NCBI RefSeq assembly: GCF_000315625.1
Contig: NW_005434589.1
Location: forward strand, 13,330 to 77,329
DNA from: Guillardia theta CCMP2712
Taxonomy: Eukaryota; Protista; Cryptophyta
Reading direction: 5' to 3'
Length of the DNA: 64,000 bases
Part shown: positions 61,501-64,000 of the stretch, piece by piece
Layout of the letters: the number at the start of each line of letters is the position of its first letter
Numbering within the stretch: position 1 is the first letter of the stretch
The notes under the pieces: model-generated
The model's input: only the letters and a program-made list of their open reading frames with translations
Databases searched by the model: none
Told to the model about the DNA's origin: nothing
Position numbers and translations under genes: made by a program

Positions 61501-64000
61501 CCTCATGCGCCTCGTCGCCCTCTACGAGTTCATCGCCGTCCCTGTCCGGATCGGCTTCGAGCCCTGGCCGGGCATGCTTGCGCCCGAGGCTCTCAGCACA
61601 GACCTCCTTGCTGACTGCTTCGTGATGACGCACATGATAGTCAACCTCAACACCGCCTACAAGAACAGCCGGTCCCAGTGGGTCACCAGTCGGCGGAAGA
61701 TCTTCCGCAAGGCTGACTTCACCTGCATGTTTGCTGCCTTCCCTCTCGACTGGTTCGCCTACGTCTGCGGAGCCTCAGAGCACCTTTGCTCCTGGCTGCG
61801 CATCAACAAGATGTTTCTCGTGTTCTCAAGAGTCTTCGACACCTACGACAAGACCTTTGCCATCAAGACCAAGTGCACCAGCGACCTCCTCTGCAAGCTC
61901 GCTCGCATCATTCTTGCTACATGCCACGTTCTCGCGTGCGTTTGGTTCTTCATCGGTGAGAACTATCGCTACTGGTTCCCCAATGCAGCCATTAGTTGGT
62001 ACTGGGTCGATCCCGCCTATCAGAACATGACATTTGTGCGTCAACACTTCTACGGCATGTCGCCGGACTCGAGCACGTGGCAGCGATACGTCATCTCCTT
62101 CTACTGGGTGTGCGCGACCTTAAGTATGAACGGGATGATAGGAGATCTCATACCCCAGAACATCGTCGAGATTGTCTTCACCATCGTACTCATGTGCCTT
62201 AACATGACTCTGTTCCGCATTCTTGTCGGCGAAGTGTCGACGATCGTGATGAAGGAGGACCAGGACGTCGTGAAGCGACGTGAGAACCTCGAAACAATCA
62301 GCTCCTTCCTCTCCAACGAAAAGTTCACCGCCCAGCTCAAAGAGGAGATACAGCGTCACTTCAGCACCATGGAGATCGGAGTGTCGCAGGACCAGGCAGT
62401 CCTGCTGCGGGACCTGAACCACAACCTCCGTGTCGAGGTAGCAAAGCATCTGTACAAGGAGTACATCGAGACCATCCCGCTCTTCGACGGCTGCAGCGAG
62501 AACCTCCTCGACGGCACCTGTATCCTCCTGCACGAGATGCACTACTACCCTGAAGAGTACCTCTTCAACGTCTCCGAAGGTGAACCCCTGTCGCTGCTCC
62601 TTGACCCTCCTGACTTTCCCTCTTAGTCTGCACGGAGATGTTCTTTGTTGTCTCGGGGGTGGTGGAGGAGATCGACCTGCAGGCGGATGGCACCGAGCAG
62701 GTTCAGTCCCTCCGACGAGCCTACCAGTCTGTCGGCGATCTACCATTCTTCTTCGGCATCCGCCACTTCCTCAGCGGCAGAGCCTCCCATGATGGCGCTG
62801 TTTGCATGCGGCTGGATCGGCAGGGGTTCTTCGAAATGCTCAAGAACTTCCCCAAGGACGAGGAGGTGATCGCACAGAACGCGTTCAAGAGCTTCGACGT
62901 AGTTGCCAAGTCCAAGACAGGAGGGAGCAGCAGGCACTCGAGCTCCAAGAGGAGCGCAAACTCGTCGGTAAGGAGCTCCAACTCCACGTCCCGCAGGAGG
63001 AGGAGGAAGAACGCGCGAGCCAAGGACGAGACTCAGTCGGCGCACGCGCAGTCGAGGGGGTCGGAGACGATGCCGTCGGCGAGTGTGGAGAACTCCTCGC
63101 AGGAGGAGAACTCGGACGAGGAGGACACGGCAGACAACAAGATCGAGAAGCTGAAGGATCAGAGGAAGCGAGACAGGCTCAACCTCCTCCTCGACGCTGC
63201 CTTCCTGGGCGATGTCCCCAAAGTCAAGACGATCCTCGCCAGCGGCGACATCAGCATCCTCGATCACGATCAGAACAAGCGAACAGCTCTCCACGTCGCC
63301 GCGAGCGAAGGGCACCACGAGCTCGTCCACCTGCTGCTCGAGCTGCGCGCAGATGCTAACGCCAAAGACAAGTTTGAAAACACGCCGGTCAACGATGCCG
63401 TGAGAACCAAACACGACAAGGTCATCGACGTGATTCGGTCGCACATGAAGAGCATCAGGTACAGCCTGCCTGGCAGTCAAGTTGGCGTCGAGCTCTGCGA
63501 AGCTGCGGCGACAGGGAACCTCGAGCAGATCACCCGCCTGCTCAACAATGGCGTCAACGTCAACGAGGCGGACTACGATGGCCGCACAGTGAGTCAACTT
63601 TGATCATCTCCAATGCAACTGACTGATGGTCCTTCTTGTCCTCCAGGCCCTGCACCTCGCGTGCTGTGAAGGTCATCTGCATGCCGTAGAGAGTCTGCTC
63701 AAGGCTCAAGCCAACGTGCACTGTCAAGATCGGTTCACCGGCACGGCCCTGGAAGACTCAGTTCGCCATCACTTCAACAACAGGACCTCTACCCAGATCC
63801 AGGAGCTGCTGCGCAAGCACGGCGCTTCTCTCGAGCACAAGATGCAGGAGTATGCAGCAAAGATGTGCTTCTACGCGAGCCAAGGCATGCTGGACAACAT
63901 CAAGATCCTCGTTGAGAACGGCATCGCAGTCAACGTGGGCGACTACGACAGCCGCACGCCTCTGCATCTCGCAGCCTCGACGGGCTGGACGTCAGTGGTG
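55568..64000 (+). CDS. Very large cyclic-nucleotide-binding/ankyrin (AKT/Shaker-like) cation channel with two tandem channel modules; truncated at window end
   Basis: Module 1: TM exons ~56040-57040, C-linker and CNBD ~57060-57750, ankyrins ~57920-58900. Linker carries an extra CNBD-like domain ~60040-60440. Module 2: TM 61406-62250, CNBD ~62470-62860, ankyrins 63190-64000. Introns 58919-58983 and 61313-61405 keep one reading frame. Confidence 0.88.

Noticed and set aside
1-64000. tRNA, rRNA or prokaryotic operon/defence systems
   Set aside because: None recognisable by eye; small ncRNAs cannot be excluded without covariance-model searches.

Overview
Gene-dense eukaryotic nuclear DNA with four N gaps. 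It is very probably from a cryptophyte alga such as Guillardia theta. This is an inference from the many ~45-55 nt GT-AG introns, a nuclear PebA bilin reductase with a bipartite signal-plus-Phe plastid leader, and epiplastin-like proteins. About 20 intron-containing genes can be reconstructed by hand: an ARM-pseudokinase-RING protein, two divergent epiplastin-like genes (one with PDZ), an RI-type LRR protein, a DUF819 membrane protein, PebA, legumain, a type-I membrane protein, further PDZ and PH scaffold proteins, a theta-like GST, a TruA-type pseudouridine synthase, a GAF protein, and a very large two-module CNBD/ankyrin cation channel running off the right edge. Non-genic structure includes microsatellite-filled introns in the left ~19 kb, two recurring classes of intergenic sequence (GGGT/GGGGTA-rich blocks, partly ~10-bp phased, and CCGG-rich islands, two flanked by GTAC clusters), and a ~2.2-2.3 kb tandem duplication ending in a 22-bp minisatellite built from forward plus inverted local sequence. 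Gene boundaries are manual and approximate; no database searches were run.
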